The notes under the pieces were generated by a model. The model was not told the origin of the DNA and did not search any database. It saw only the letters and a program-made list of their open reading frames with translations. Both the position numbers and the translations under genes were made by a program. Source: a virus (taxonomy: Duplodnaviria > Heunggongvirae > Uroviricota > Caudoviricetes). From it: 41,949 bases of DNA. Numbering within the stretch: the first letter of the stretch is position 1; each line of letters starts with the position of its first letter. Below, in pieces: positions 1-8,577 of this stretch. Location: IMG/VR virus record IMGVR_UViG_2558860473_000005, positions 1-41,949 of that record; one strand, written 5' to 3'.

Positions 1-1248
1 ATGGCACTGAATATTCCATTCAGAAATGCGTACTATCGTTTTGCATCCAGTTACTCATTTCTCTTTTTTATTTCCTGGTCGCTGTGGTGGTCGTTATACG
101 CTATTTGGCTGAAAGGACATCTAGGGTTGACAGGGACGGAATTAGGTACACTTTATTCGGTCAACCAGTTTACCAGCATTCTATTTATGATGTTCTACGG
201 CATCGTTCAGGATAAACTCGGTCTGAAGAAACCGCTCATCTGGTGTATGAGTTTCATCCTGGTCTTGACCGGACCGTTTATGATTTACGTTTATGAACCG
301 TTACTGCAAAGCAATTTTTCTGTAGGTCTAATTCTGGGGGCGCTATTTTTTGGCTTGGGGTATCTGGCGGGATGCGGTTTGCTTGATAGCTTCACCGAAA
401 AAATGGCGCGAAATTTTCATTTCGAATATGGAACAGCGCGCGCCTGGGGATCTTTTGGCTATGCTATTGGCGCGTTCTTTGCCGGCATATTTTTTAGTAT
501 CAGTCCCCATATCAACTTCTGGTTGGTCTCGCTATTTGGCGCTGTATTTATGATGATCAACATGCGTTTTAAAGATAAGGATCACCAGTGCGTAGCGGCA
601 GATGCGGGAGGGGTAAAAAAAGAGGATTTTATCGCAGTTTTCAAGGATCGAAACTTCTGGGTTTTCGTCATATTTATTGTGGGGACGTGGTCTTTCTATA
701 ACATTTTTGATCAACAACTTTTTCCTGTCTTTTATTCAGGTTTATTCGAATCACACGATGTAGGAACGCGCCTGTATGGTTATCTCAACTCATTCCAGGT
801 GGTACTCGAAGCGCTGTGCATGGCGATTATTCCTTTCTTTGTGAATCGGGTAGGGCCAAAAAATGCATTACTTATCGGAGTTGTGATTATGGCGTTGCGT
901 ATCCTTTCCTGCGCGCTGTTCGTTAACCCCTGGATTATTTCATTAGTGAAGTTGTTACATGCCATTGAGGTTCCACTTTGTGTCATATCCGTCTTCAAAT
1001 ACAGCGTGGCAAACTTTGATAAGCGCCTGTCGTCGACGATCTTTCTGATTGGTTTTCAAATTGCCAGTTCGCTTGGGATTGTGCTGCTTTCAACGCCGAC
1101 TGGGATACTCTTTGACCACGCAGGCTACCAGACAGTTTTCTTCGCAATTTCGGGTATTGTCTGCCTGATGTTGCTATTTGGCATTTTCTTCTTGAGTAAA
1201 AAACGCGAGCAAATAGTTATGGAAACGCCTGTACCTTCAGCAATATAG
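1..1248 (+). CDS. cscB: LacY-family sucrose:H+ symporter (CscB-like), 415 aa
   Basis: Full-length ORF from window position 1; strongly hydrophobic multi-TM protein whose sequence I recall as E. coli CscB sucrose permease; host gene outside the prophage. Confidence 0.85.
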   Translation: MALNIPFRNAYYRFASSYSFLFFISWSLWWSLYAIWLKGHLGLTGTELGTLYSVNQFTSILFMMFYGIVQDKLGLKKPLIWCMSFILVLTGPFMIYVYEPLLQSNFSVGLILGALFFGLGYLAGCGLLDSFTEKMARNFHFEYGTARAWGSFGYAIGAFFAGIFFSISPHINFWLVSLFGAVFMMINMRFKDKDHQCVAADAGGVKKEDFIAVFKDRNFWVFVIFIVGTWSFYNIFDQQLFPVFYSGLFESHDVGTRLYGYLNSFQVVLEALCMAIIPFFVNRVGPKNALLIGVVIMALRILSCALFVNPWIISLVKLLHAIEVPLCVISVFKYSVANFDKRLSSTIFLIGFQIASSLGIVLLSTPTGILFDHAGYQTVFFAISGIVCLMLLFGIFFLSKKREQIVMETPVPSAI

Positions 1249-1260
1249 ACGTAAACTTTT

Positions 1261-1298
1261 TCCGGTTGTTGTCGATAGCTCTATATCCCTCAACCGGA
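1261..1298 (+). terminator. Inverted repeat downstream of cscB (TCCGGTTG ... CAACCGGA), possible transcription stop
   Basis: 8-bp perfect inverted repeat with a 22-nt loop, 13 bp after the cscB stop; no clean U-run, so weak. Confidence 0.3.
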
Positions 1299-1689
1299 AA
1301 ATAATAATAGTAAAATGCTTAGCCCTGCTAATAATCGCCTAATCCAAACGCCTCATTCATGTTCTGGTACAGTCGCTCAAATGTACTTCAGATGCGCGGT
1401 TCGCTGATTTCCAGGACATTGTCGTCATTCAGTGACCTGTCCCGTGTATCACGGTCCTGCGAATTCATCAAGGAATGCATTGCGGAGTGAAGTATCGAGT
1501 CACGCCATATTTCGCTATCAGGATTCTGTGTGATGGTTACATCGCCCGGCCCAGGGCTGTTTAGTCATCAGCGCTTTCTGACAGTGCTGAGATTTCAACC
1601 TGTTGCAGTAAAAATGAGTAGATATAAGGCAAGTGTGCTGCCAAACCCATCTTTTACGGGGTGAAGGTAGATTTCGTTTGAAGGGTATC

Positions 1690-1704
1690 TGGTGTCCCCT
1701 GCAG
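1690..1704 (-). other. 15-nt copy of the tRNA-Arg (argW) 3' end incl. CCA (TGGTGTCCCCTGCAG on + strand); putative prophage attachment core (distal junction)
   Basis: Matches the reverse complement of the argW 3' terminus as I recall it; sits between the host cscB side and the excisionase gene. Confidence 0.55.
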
Positions 1705-1777
1705 ACATCTACTTGAGGCAGCAGGGGATTGATTGGAATGGTGTTTTTTAGATGTGAAAAATATTTTACCCGCTATT

Positions 1778-1978
1778 TTACCCATTGGCGCGGCTTAAGA
1801 GCTTATTTTTGAATTCACAATGGTCACGATATAACCATCTTGCTCGCCCGTGGATAACTTTGGCTTTTGGCAGGTCTCCGGACTTAATCCGGTCATAGAT
1901 GAAGGTCTTACCGAAGCCAGTATCGGCCATGATGAATTTCAAATCAACCAGGGAATCAGGCTGTAGTTCGTGTTGCAT
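1778..1978 (-). CDS. torI: AlpA-family excisionase / recombination directionality factor (TorI-like), 66 aa
   Basis: Sequence MQHELQPDSLVDLKFIMADTGFGKTFIYDRIKSGDLP... recalled as TorI/AlpA family; lies just inside the att fragment, at the opposite prophage end from int. Confidence 0.8.
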   Translation of the reverse strand: MQHELQPDSLVDLKFIMADTGFGKTFIYDRIKSGDLPKAKVIHGRARWLYRDHCEFKNKLLSRANG

Positions 1979-1997
1979 GAGTGCTATCTCCGAATAG

Positions 1998-2013
1998 GGA
2001 ATCGAACCTGCAA
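1998..2013 (-). other. Second tRNA-Arg fragment (T-arm region, GGAATCGAACCTGCAA), not a complete tRNA
   Basis: 16-nt match to the reverse complement of the argW T-arm; flanking sequence is not tRNA-like. Confidence 0.5.
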
Positions 2014-2020
2014 ATCAGGC

Positions 2021-2043
2021 AATAAAAAACCGCATTGATGCGG
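2021..2043 (-). terminator. Rho-independent terminator at the end of the leftward early operon
   Basis: Hairpin CCGCAT-loop-ATGCGG followed by a U-run on the minus strand, just downstream of the 2103 stop. Confidence 0.5.
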
Positions 2044-2102
2044 CGATGGTAGGTCTGGATATCTTGAGAAATGAACTGGCCTCATCGAGTGTGAGGCTGT
2101 GG

Positions 2103-2447
2103 TTAGTCCTTGCGTAACTCGCTAATTCTTCTGTAAGTCTCTGGTGCTTTGTTTCCGTGTATCTTCATTTCAGACTTCAACAGAGCAACGAGGGAATCCC
2201 ATTCGTTGAGGATGCCTTTGAATGCCGGAACGCGCTTTGCAACCTTGTCGAATGAATCCCTGATTTCTGGAATCTGCTCAACAAGTGCAACGCATCGTCG
2301 GAAATCGGCTGCGTCATGTGGAGCGCCGAAGTGATGACCATAGATATTCTTTTTCAGTCCACATGCGATTGAGGCAAGAGTTGCGCTACTGATGCCGACA
2401 TCGCCAGTCGATTGCCATTTCAAAACCTTCATAGCCAAATCTGACAT
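2103..2447 (-). CDS. Hypothetical phage protein (114 aa from the internal start; track ORF extends to 2474)
   Basis: ORF track 2103..2474; GGAGA RBS 6 nt upstream of the ATG at 2447, whereas the 2474 start lies inside an upstream terminator hairpin. Confidence 0.55.
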   Translation of the reverse strand: MSDLAMKVLKWQSTGDVGISSATLASIACGLKKNIYGHHFGAPHDAADFRRCVALVEQIPEIRDSFDKVAKRVPAFKGILNEWDSLVALLKSEMKIHGNKAPETYRRISELRKD

Positions 2448-2460
2448 TTCTTGTCTCCAA

Positions 2461-2482
2461 TAAAAAACCGCCATCAGGCGGC
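2461..2482 (-). terminator. Rho-independent terminator between the zinc-ribbon gene and the 114-aa gene
   Basis: Hairpin CCGCC-atca-GGCGG followed by a U-run on the minus strand. Confidence 0.5.
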
Positions 2483-2547
2483 TTGGTGTTCTTTCAGTTC
2501 TTCAATTCGAATATTGGTTACATTGTTTTCATATATGAATAAATAAA

Positions 2548-2727
2548 TTAGCTTTTTTCGTTGCCTTCGCGATCTTTATTAATTTTGACAAACTCGTTTT
2601 TACCACGCTCTCCAAATGCGTCTTTAGAGTCGTTGTATCCGCAATCGCAGCACACATAATCACCAGACCATCCACGCATTGTTTTTTCTTTTGCAATATT
2701 TCCAGAACCGCATTTTGGACAAGACAT
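2548..2727 (-). CDS. Small zinc-ribbon protein (CPKCG ... CCDCG), 59 aa
   Basis: Two CxxC pairs; GGAGG RBS 7 nt upstream of the ATG at 2727 (track ORF 2548..2760 starts at a TTG). Confidence 0.55.
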   Translation of the reverse strand: MSCPKCGSGNIAKEKTMRGWSGDYVCCDCGYNDSKDAFGERGKNEFVKINKDREGNEKS

Positions 2728-2823
2728 ATCACTACCTCCAAAGCATGAGTGAGATGACAACGTAACATTGATTGGAGATTAACAATAGATTGCTGATGTA
2801 AAAGATATGTATAAGCTTCGCTT

Positions 2824-3603
2824 TCAAAGTGGAGGCTCTGGTAGCGGCATCCAGTGAGTCATTTCATGGGCAAGGATATCTGAGTTAAGTTCCGTCCAAC
2901 TATTCCAATACCCAGATTCATCCCACCATTTAACCTCGACATGCTCGCCGTCTGTCACTAACACATCAGCATACCCTTTCGGCATTCGCTCACTACAGCT
3001 TATCCAACCATCCGGAGTTACCGGAGAGTTGCCAGACAGTGCGTTCTGCAATCGTTCCAGCTTAACGTATTCCTGAACCCTGTTTCCGTCGCACGCCTGA
3101 AGCCATTGCACAGCCTTTTGCGCATCAGTGTGAAAGGTACAAGTGCGACCGTCATCAAATTGCATTTCGTAGAGGTCAGCAACCTGTTTAAACTGCGTTT
3201 GTGGCAACTTGTAAGCCTGGCTTGCATGTACGGCACCATAGAGCATGGCTGCACGGCAGGCGTTCCATCCGACAGCTTTTCCGTGTTCAAACGCGCTGTC
3301 AAAGTCATCATCCATTTCCATCGCATCAGGCACAGATACCGTCTCTGGAGGGGCGGCGTAAAGCGGAGTTACGGTAATTTCGTACTCGTTTATATCCTCG
3401 TCGCTGATATTTGCGAAATAGCGAAGGATGCCTTTCTCTCCACGACTACGAGCGTCAGAGTCCTGAATGATATACGCCACAGGCTCTGCTTCCAGCGATG
3501 CCAGCGCAATCCGTGCCAGTTCCATTTGTTCACCACGGGTAAGCCCGTTTTCAAGCGGATTTTTAATGAACAATTCAATACGTTCTTTGGTAATAGTGGC
3601 CAT
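2824..3603 (-). CDS. Phage protein with C-terminal DUF551-like domain, 259 aa
   Basis: C-terminal segment DGWISCSERMPKGYADVLVTDGEHV...WMPLPEPP resembles DUF551 of lambdoid early-region proteins. Confidence 0.6.
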   Translation of the reverse strand: MATITKERIELFIKNPLENGLTRGEQMELARIALASLEAEPVAYIIQDSDARSRGEKGILRYFANISDEDINEYEITVTPLYAAPPETVSVPDAMEMDDDFDSAFEHGKAVGWNACRAAMLYGAVHASQAYKLPQTQFKQVADLYEMQFDDGRTCTFHTDAQKAVQWLQACDGNRVQEYVKLERLQNALSGNSPVTPDGWISCSERMPKGYADVLVTDGEHVEVKWWDESGYWNSWTELNSDILAHEMTHWMPLPEPPL

Positions 3604-3605
3604 GG

Positions 3606-3797
3606 CTATTTCACCTTAATCTCAACATTTCGCAGTTTTAGCTCCACTGGCAGGTCTGACTTTCCGGTTAAAGCTAATGCGAGATTTTCTGGAGTAATGA
3701 GAGCTGTTATTGTTTTCCCCATCGCCAGACGAATAATCATTCGTATTTCGCGATCGTCACATGCTCCTGGTCGAACAATTGATATCTGTCCGTTCAT
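3606..3797 (-). CDS. Small hypothetical phage protein, 63 aa
   Basis: AGGAG RBS immediately upstream of the ATG at 3797; start sits 1 nt after the stop of the upstream Ea22-like gene (translational coupling). Confidence 0.5.
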   Translation of the reverse strand: MNGQISIVRPGACDDREIRMIIRLAMGKTITALITPENLALALTGKSDLPVELKLRNVEIKVK

Positions 3798-3798
3798 C

Positions 3799-5049
3799 TC
3801 ACTCTCCTTTGATGCGAATGCCAGCGGCGCGGATTGCATCGATGACTTCAGAAACTTTGTATGCCATTACCGTTTGGTAATCATCGTGAAAATCTGTTCG
3901 ATGAAGCATGCTGCTACGTTCCGGGAGCAGTATTTCCCGCGCTTCCAGTTCAGCAATCCGCTTCTCTGCTGCTTCCAGCTCATCCAGCAGCGCGTTATCT
4001 TCATCCTCTCTCAACACCACTGTGTCGAAGCTTTCGGCCTGCTTTTTGATTTTTGCAATCAGCGCCTGTTTGTTGATGTTGCTCATTTGGCGGACTCCTG
4101 TGCTCCAAGTTTTGCCCCATACTTCAAGGCTGTTATGCGAAATCAGCGCTTCGCGAACGCATGGCCTGTAGTAGTGATGGAAAGCGAAGGTCAGGCCGAG
4201 TTTTGTCGGGCGATCGTGTTTGCCAAGCAATCCCAGGCGAATACAGATAGTCGTTGCCGTGTAGCCAGAGTGATAGCCAGCAGCACGCTTCATAACTGTT
4301 TCTGCCAGAATGGTGCGGAAATCAGTGCGCCCGAAATTGGTACCTTCGAAAGCGGCGTTAACCACTTCGTCTGTAAGATGTGAATCATCAACTATGCTCA
4401 TACCGCTTCCCCCCTGACGAAGCTGGGCGGCGAACTCGTCGCATACGTGCGTTAAAGAGCAAATCTGGATAGCAGGATGCTCGCGCAACAATTCAACACC
4501 CTGCGCCCGCACTTCAGCCAGGAAGGCGTCGGTGGCTGGGTGCTCTGTCTGGCTATGCATTGCCCATTCAGATAAGTACTCGAAGCAACGGCGAAACTCC
4601 TGCCAATCACTGCACATGTTTAGGTTTCCGCCTTTACACTCGAACTGGTAATTCTCTAAACGGTCTGCAAACGCTCTGCCATTCTCTATGGCACCAAGTG
4701 GAGTTTCAGACTTCAGCCAAGCATTCTCCGCAGCCAGCGCCGCGAGATTAGTCTCAAGCTCTGCAATTCGACACATAGCATCAATATTTGTGTCCTCCAG
4801 GCGCTTAATTTCACCAAGCAGCTCCAGTGCAACCTTTGGGTTGAACGCGGCAACATGACGAGCGTTGTTCTCTGCATTTTTCTGTCCATCAAAGCCGGTC
4901 CATTTGATAACGTCTTCACATCGTTCATCACCGGGCGTGTGCACCGCATAAGTACCAGTATCCGTCGAAATAAATGCGACCCATTCGTCTGGTGTTGCCT
5001 TTTCTGCCGCCTCACGCAGTACCTGATAGTCAATTGTCATTCTCGCCAT
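3799..5049 (-). CDS. Ea22-like (ead/Ea22 family) early-region protein, 416 aa
   Basis: N-terminal IDYQVLREAAEKATPDEW motif typical of Ea22-like proteins; coiled-coil-rich. Confidence 0.7.
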   Translation of the reverse strand: MARMTIDYQVLREAAEKATPDEWVAFISTDTGTYAVHTPGDERCEDVIKWTGFDGQKNAENNARHVAAFNPKVALELLGEIKRLEDTNIDAMCRIAELETNLAALAAENAWLKSETPLGAIENGRAFADRLENYQFECKGGNLNMCSDWQEFRRCFEYLSEWAMHSQTEHPATDAFLAEVRAQGVELLREHPAIQICSLTHVCDEFAAQLRQGGSGMSIVDDSHLTDEVVNAAFEGTNFGRTDFRTILAETVMKRAAGYHSGYTATTICIRLGLLGKHDRPTKLGLTFAFHHYYRPCVREALISHNSLEVWGKTWSTGVRQMSNINKQALIAKIKKQAESFDTVVLREDEDNALLDELEAAEKRIAELEAREILLPERSSMLHRTDFHDDYQTVMAYKVSEVIDAIRAAGIRIKGE

Positions 5050-5702
5050 CCTTCACAGTTGTAATCACTACAGCCTTCAAAATCATATGGGCTGTACTGC
5101 CAGGTTATTTTTCCGCAATGCGGACAATTCCAACGCACCTTCCCGCTTCGCGACTTCTTTCTTCTGTTCTGCTCTTTCAACCAGTCAGGCATGACCAAAC
5201 CTGCGCCCTGAACCATTGTTCTGCGGTTAAATTTATTGATATTGAACGTCCGGCGCTTTGCTGCATCAGCAATGGAAAATGGCAACCAAACTATTCCTGG
5301 TTCGTTTTTGTTGGCGACGCTAAAGATGGTAGCTTTACTGAAGTCATCTGTTGGCAATCCACCGTGTTGAAGCCAGTAAACATCGTTGCCGTTCCAGCTA
5401 CCTTTTTTGTAGGCCACATACGCAGTGCAATCTGACTTAATCAGGCTTTCTGTAGGGATGTACTGGCAATCAACGTGCCACACTGCCATTGCATCCACGC
5501 TATCAGCGCAAACAGGCTGATCGATATCTCGCCCACAATTCCAGGCTTTTTGGGCTTTTTCCAGCGTGTAAACATGAGCGCGATCGATATCAGAACTGTA
5601 ACCATTGCCGTTATGGCAATGGAATGAAGCGTTATTGCCCACAGTTTCACGCGAGCACATCATGTAAAAACGGTTAGTCACTGGCTGCCTCCTTTGCGCC
5701 AC
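5037..5702 (-). CDS. Hypothetical protein with C-terminal CxxC...CxxC zinc-finger motif, 221 aa
   Basis: ORF in the leftward early operon; C-terminal NCPHCGK...CSDYNCEGW. Confidence 0.55.
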   Translation of the reverse strand: MAQRRQPVTNRFYMMCSRETVGNNASFHCHNGNGYSSDIDRAHVYTLEKAQKAWNCGRDIDQPVCADSVDAMAVWHVDCQYIPTESLIKSDCTAYVAYKKGSWNGNDVYWLQHGGLPTDDFSKATIFSVANKNEPGIVWLPFSIADAAKRRTFNINKFNRRTMVQGAGLVMPDWLKEQNRRKKSRSGKVRWNCPHCGKITWQYSPYDFEGCSDYNCEGWRE

Positions 5703-5841
5703 ATCGCATTCAGATATTTGTTTTCATTCACTGATGGAAAAGAATTTCTCTTAAGCAATTCCTCTCTCGATGGCATTGGCTTTACGCGTTGGCGAATAAT
5801 CATTTCTGCCGGAAGAATGCCGGGATTGTATGCAAGTCCTC

Positions 5842-6123
5842 TCATGATTTACTCTCCACGAACTGGTCAATAGCCATGCTAAGTGACACACCTAAAGTCT
5901 CGATATGCTGCTGAATATCCTGTAGCGTCTGCGCCTGAGATAACAGGATTTCACGGTTGCATAATTCTTTAACCAGATGCTCAAACTTGCTGTAATAACC
6001 GATACGGCTTAGTGTTTCTTTCCCTGCATTCTCGCCTTCTTTGATAATTCCTCTTTCACTAAGAATCAGGTCGTGTTTGGTTCCGGTAATAACGTATTTT
6101 CCGAGGTCGATGTTTAGCTTCAT
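5842..6123 (-). CDS. Hypothetical phage protein, 93 aa
   Basis: ORF in the leftward operon with consistent spacing to neighbours. Confidence 0.5.
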   Translation of the reverse strand: MKLNIDLGKYVITGTKHDLILSERGIIKEGENAGKETLSRIGYYSKFEHLVKELCNREILLSQAQTLQDIQQHIETLGVSLSMAIDQFVESKS

Positions 6124-6139
6124 TGTTAATTATTCCATG

Positions 6140-6454
6140 TTAATTTATTCGTATGCCTGCTCTTTCTTCATCGAGTTTTTTTAGCTTGTATCGCATAGCT
6201 CTTACTGAATAAATTGAGCGGCAGGTTGCAATTGCTATTTCTTCTGCGGAGAACTTACCGAAAAGTGATACTTCGGCTCTTGTCCATCGTCTTCCACGAA
6301 GTCGGCTAACAATGTCAGCGCCAATCCTTGTTGCTTTCGCCATTACTGCTTTTTCAGTCCTTTCCAGTTTTTCAGCGATAACTTCAACTGGCATTGTTGC
6401 CGCTACTTCGCGCAAGAAATCGACTTCCCATTTCTCCCAAGGAGTCTTTTTCAT
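6140..6454 (-). CDS. Hypothetical protein, possibly a tandem Myb/SANT-like DNA-binding fold, 104 aa
   Basis: Two repeated W/R-rich helical segments; inference only. Confidence 0.45.
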   Translation of the reverse strand: MKKTPWEKWEVDFLREVAATMPVEVIAEKLERTEKAVMAKATRIGADIVSRLRGRRWTRAEVSLFGKFSAEEIAIATCRSIYSVRAMRYKLKKLDEERAGIRIN

Positions 6455-6465
6455 AGGCGATACCG

Positions 6466-6954
6466 TTATTTGATAAGAAGTGAAGGTTTCCCAACTTTGA
6501 GTTGAGCGCCGGGGATATTTATTCCTGCTTTTAGTTGGTGTTTGATTGCCAGTTTGTCGGCTTTAATTGTCGTTTCAAACTCAACGTATTCAGGAGGAAG
6601 GGCGCTTGAGTCGATTATTTCTACAATTTCTGATGGTTTGCGGATTGTTACCTGGTGAATACCTGCTCGAATCTTTTTCTTGCCAACCATTTCAAGCGAT
6701 GAGGCTATATATGCCATAATGCTATCAATCTTATTTTGAATTACTGCTGCTCGTTCATTCAGTGACTTTGCCTCGTCCTTGAGGCGTTCAGCATAACCAG
6801 ATTCATTTTTAATAATGGCAAGAAGTTGCTCTATTTTATCGGTAAATTCTCCTTCCATGCCTTCTATTGTGTCAGCAATCATCTCTGGTTCTAAATCTGA
6901 ATCCATCAATTTTGCGTATTCATTGGCTATTTCATATAGTTTGCTCACTGGCAA
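6466..6954 (-). CDS. Siphovirus Gp157-family protein (companion of RecT-type recombinases), 162 aa
   Basis: Recalled family similarity; overlaps the RecT gene stop as in phage recombination modules. Confidence 0.65.
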   Translation of the reverse strand: MPVSKLYEIANEYAKLMDSDLEPEMIADTIEGMEGEFTDKIEQLLAIIKNESGYAERLKDEAKSLNERAAVIQNKIDSIMAYIASSLEMVGKKKIRAGIHQVTIRKPSEIVEIIDSSALPPEYVEFETTIKADKLAIKHQLKAGINIPGAQLKVGKPSLLIK

Positions 6955-7834
6955 CCTCCAGTTTCGCTTTGCATTCTATGTAAATGGCTTGTACGTTCTG
7001 CTGCAATTTCATTCCAGATGTCAGGCGATATGCTTCTGCAAAATATCGCTTCAAATCATCCATGTTTTCTGCCTGAGCCATTTCATCACAAAGAAGTTGT
7101 GCTTTTTCCATAATTTCCTGCTGGCGTTTCCGTTCATCTTCGCGGATATCTTCCTCTGATTTGTGCGGCATAACTGGTTCCTGATGCATACCTTCATCCT
7201 CGTTAAGCAGGTGAATGGCATTATCCAGTCGCTGGGCTTTAGGCCAGTATTTGCTGGCGCGTTTAACTATTGTTTTACGCGCCATCTCTTCCCAGAATGT
7301 TTTCCACGGTCCATTCTTTGCCTTGCTCGTTGCTTCCACAGCTTTAATTTCTGCCAGACTCATTTCTTCAGTCAGGTAGTCACCATCTGCTGTTTTAACC
7401 GTGCAATAACCTCCAACAATAGAGCCTCGCTCACCAAATGCGTTGTATTTGTGGGTTGGTGCTGAATCAAGGCCATTTGATTCATAGGTGTCGTTTGAGT
7501 ACACCAGTTTGCATTGCCCCCACTTAATTGATCCTGTCGATTGCGCAAGATGAAGTAATCCCATGTAACTGATATCAAGGCACACCATGCCGTCGCGAGG
7601 AACCAGATAAGCCAGTTTGCTGGCCGGGTTTAAGGTGATGCCGATCGCCGCAACATTGATGATGGCGTTCTGTGCGCTGGTTGGATTTGCCAGTGCCGTT
7701 TTAGCCAGGTAATCATTTTTCTGGAAATACTGAATTGCAAACTGGCTTTCCTTAGCCCATGTCACCGTCTGTTCAGTCAATGCTCCGCAGAATAACTGCT
7801 CCTGCTGTTTAACGAATTCAACGATATTGCTCAT
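6932..7834 (-). CDS. recT: RecT-family single-strand annealing recombinase, 300 aa
   Basis: Conserved RecT-like core (LAYLVPRDG...); position matches lambdoid recombination modules. Confidence 0.8.
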   Translation of the reverse strand: MSNIVEFVKQQEQLFCGALTEQTVTWAKESQFAIQYFQKNDYLAKTALANPTSAQNAIINVAAIGITLNPASKLAYLVPRDGMVCLDISYMGLLHLAQSTGSIKWGQCKLVYSNDTYESNGLDSAPTHKYNAFGERGSIVGGYCTVKTADGDYLTEEMSLAEIKAVEATSKAKNGPWKTFWEEMARKTIVKRASKYWPKAQRLDNAIHLLNEDEGMHQEPVMPHKSEEDIREDERKRQQEIMEKAQLLCDEMAQAENMDDLKRYFAEAYRLTSGMKLQQNVQAIYIECKAKLEVASEQTI

Positions 7835-8142
7835 GCAGCTTCTCCATAAATATGTCTGCGTTTGAATATTGCGAAGGCATATTCAGCCTTAACTCTTTCG
7901 GTTATTGCATCCCAGAACCATTCAGCGGCTTTTTCCTGATAGTTACAGTCATCATCTTCCAGCCAGTCGATAGCGTCCTTAGTGTGTTCATCTGGTTTAT
8001 ATGAGCGAAGCATTTCGCTTATTGGGTCGCAACGTTTGCAGAGGCGATCAACTTCACTGTTGATTCGTTCGTAATCTTCATCAGTAAAACTTGCGATGAT
8101 TTGCGATATTTCACGCTTATCATTCAGAGTCAGAATCATCAT
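7831..8142 (-). CDS. Hypothetical early protein, 103 aa
   Basis: ORF overlapping the RecT start by 4 bp. Confidence 0.5.
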   Translation of the reverse strand: MMILTLNDKREISQIIASFTDEDYERINSEVDRLCKRCDPISEMLRSYKPDEHTKDAIDWLEDDDCNYQEKAAEWFWDAITERVKAEYAFAIFKRRHIYGEAA

Positions 8143-8227
8143 CTTTCTCCTGTTCTTTGTGCTGATTGAGCATTTTGTTCATCTGACGAATGAATTCTTC
8201 GTCTGACCAGCTATCTGTAAAACTCAT
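8120..8227 (-). CDS. Small ORF, 35 aa (MSFTDSWSDEEFIRQMNKMLNQHKEQEKDDDSDSE), acidic C-terminus
   Basis: Hand-translated; ATGA overlap with the cIII-like stop and overlaps the next gene start; below the ORF-track size cut-off. Confidence 0.3.
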   Translation of the reverse strand: MSFTDSWSDEEFIRQMNKMLNQHKEQEKDDDSDSE

Positions 8228-8394
8228 GGACGGCCTTGTTGTTTCAAAATATCCCAAAGCTTTTCGAGCAAACTTTTCATTCTTGGTTGTTTAAAGTCTG
8301 CTCCGGTTAAAATATTTTTTCGTGAATGCTGTACCGATAAAATCGGGTTGAAAGGGCGAACCGATGCCGCCCCTGCAATAGCGAACTGTTGCAT
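8224..8394 (-). CDS. cIII: CIII-like protein (FtsH inhibitor family), 56 aa
   Basis: AAGGAG RBS 6 nt upstream of the ATG at 8394; FAIAG motif and LLEKLWDILKQ segment resemble lambda CIII; the track ORF 8224..8499 is an over-extension. Confidence 0.5.
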   Translation of the reverse strand: MQQFAIAGAASVRPFNPILSVQHSRKNILTGADFKQPRMKSLLEKLWDILKQQGRP

Positions 8395-8458
8395 AGGATG
8401 CTCCTTCTGTTTGATTGCATAACGAAAACGCCTCAAGTGAAGCGTTATTGGTATGCAT

Positions 8459-8484
8459 ATAAAAAAGCCCTCACATTGGAGGGC
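8459..8484 (-). terminator. Rho-independent terminator upstream of the cIII-like gene
   Basis: Hairpin GCCCTC-acattg-GAGGGC followed by a U-run on the minus strand. Confidence 0.45.
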
Positions 8485-8577
8485 AAAGAAGATTTCCAAT
8501 AATCAGAACAAGTCGGCTCCTGTTTAGTTACGAGCGACATTGCTCACATAGCAGACTCGTAAATCTGCTATAGGCGC

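Noticed and set aside
350-717. Short ORFs overlapping cscB on both strands
   Set aside because: Embedded within or antisense to a full-length, clearly recognisable permease gene.
1998-2075. Possible complete tRNA gene at the left junction
   Set aside because: Only a 16-nt T-arm match to tRNA-Arg; flanking sequence cannot form acceptor and anticodon arms.
3106-4383. 425-aa plus-strand ORF
   Set aside because: Lies entirely antisense to the Ea22-like and DUF551 genes, has Cys/Arg/Phe-rich low-complexity composition and no RBS; typical shadow ORF of a coding region.
8224-8499. Long 91-aa version of the cIII-like ORF
   Set aside because: N-terminal extension runs through a terminator hairpin and lacks an RBS; the internal start at 8394 has a consensus AAGGAG RBS and gives a CIII-sized protein.
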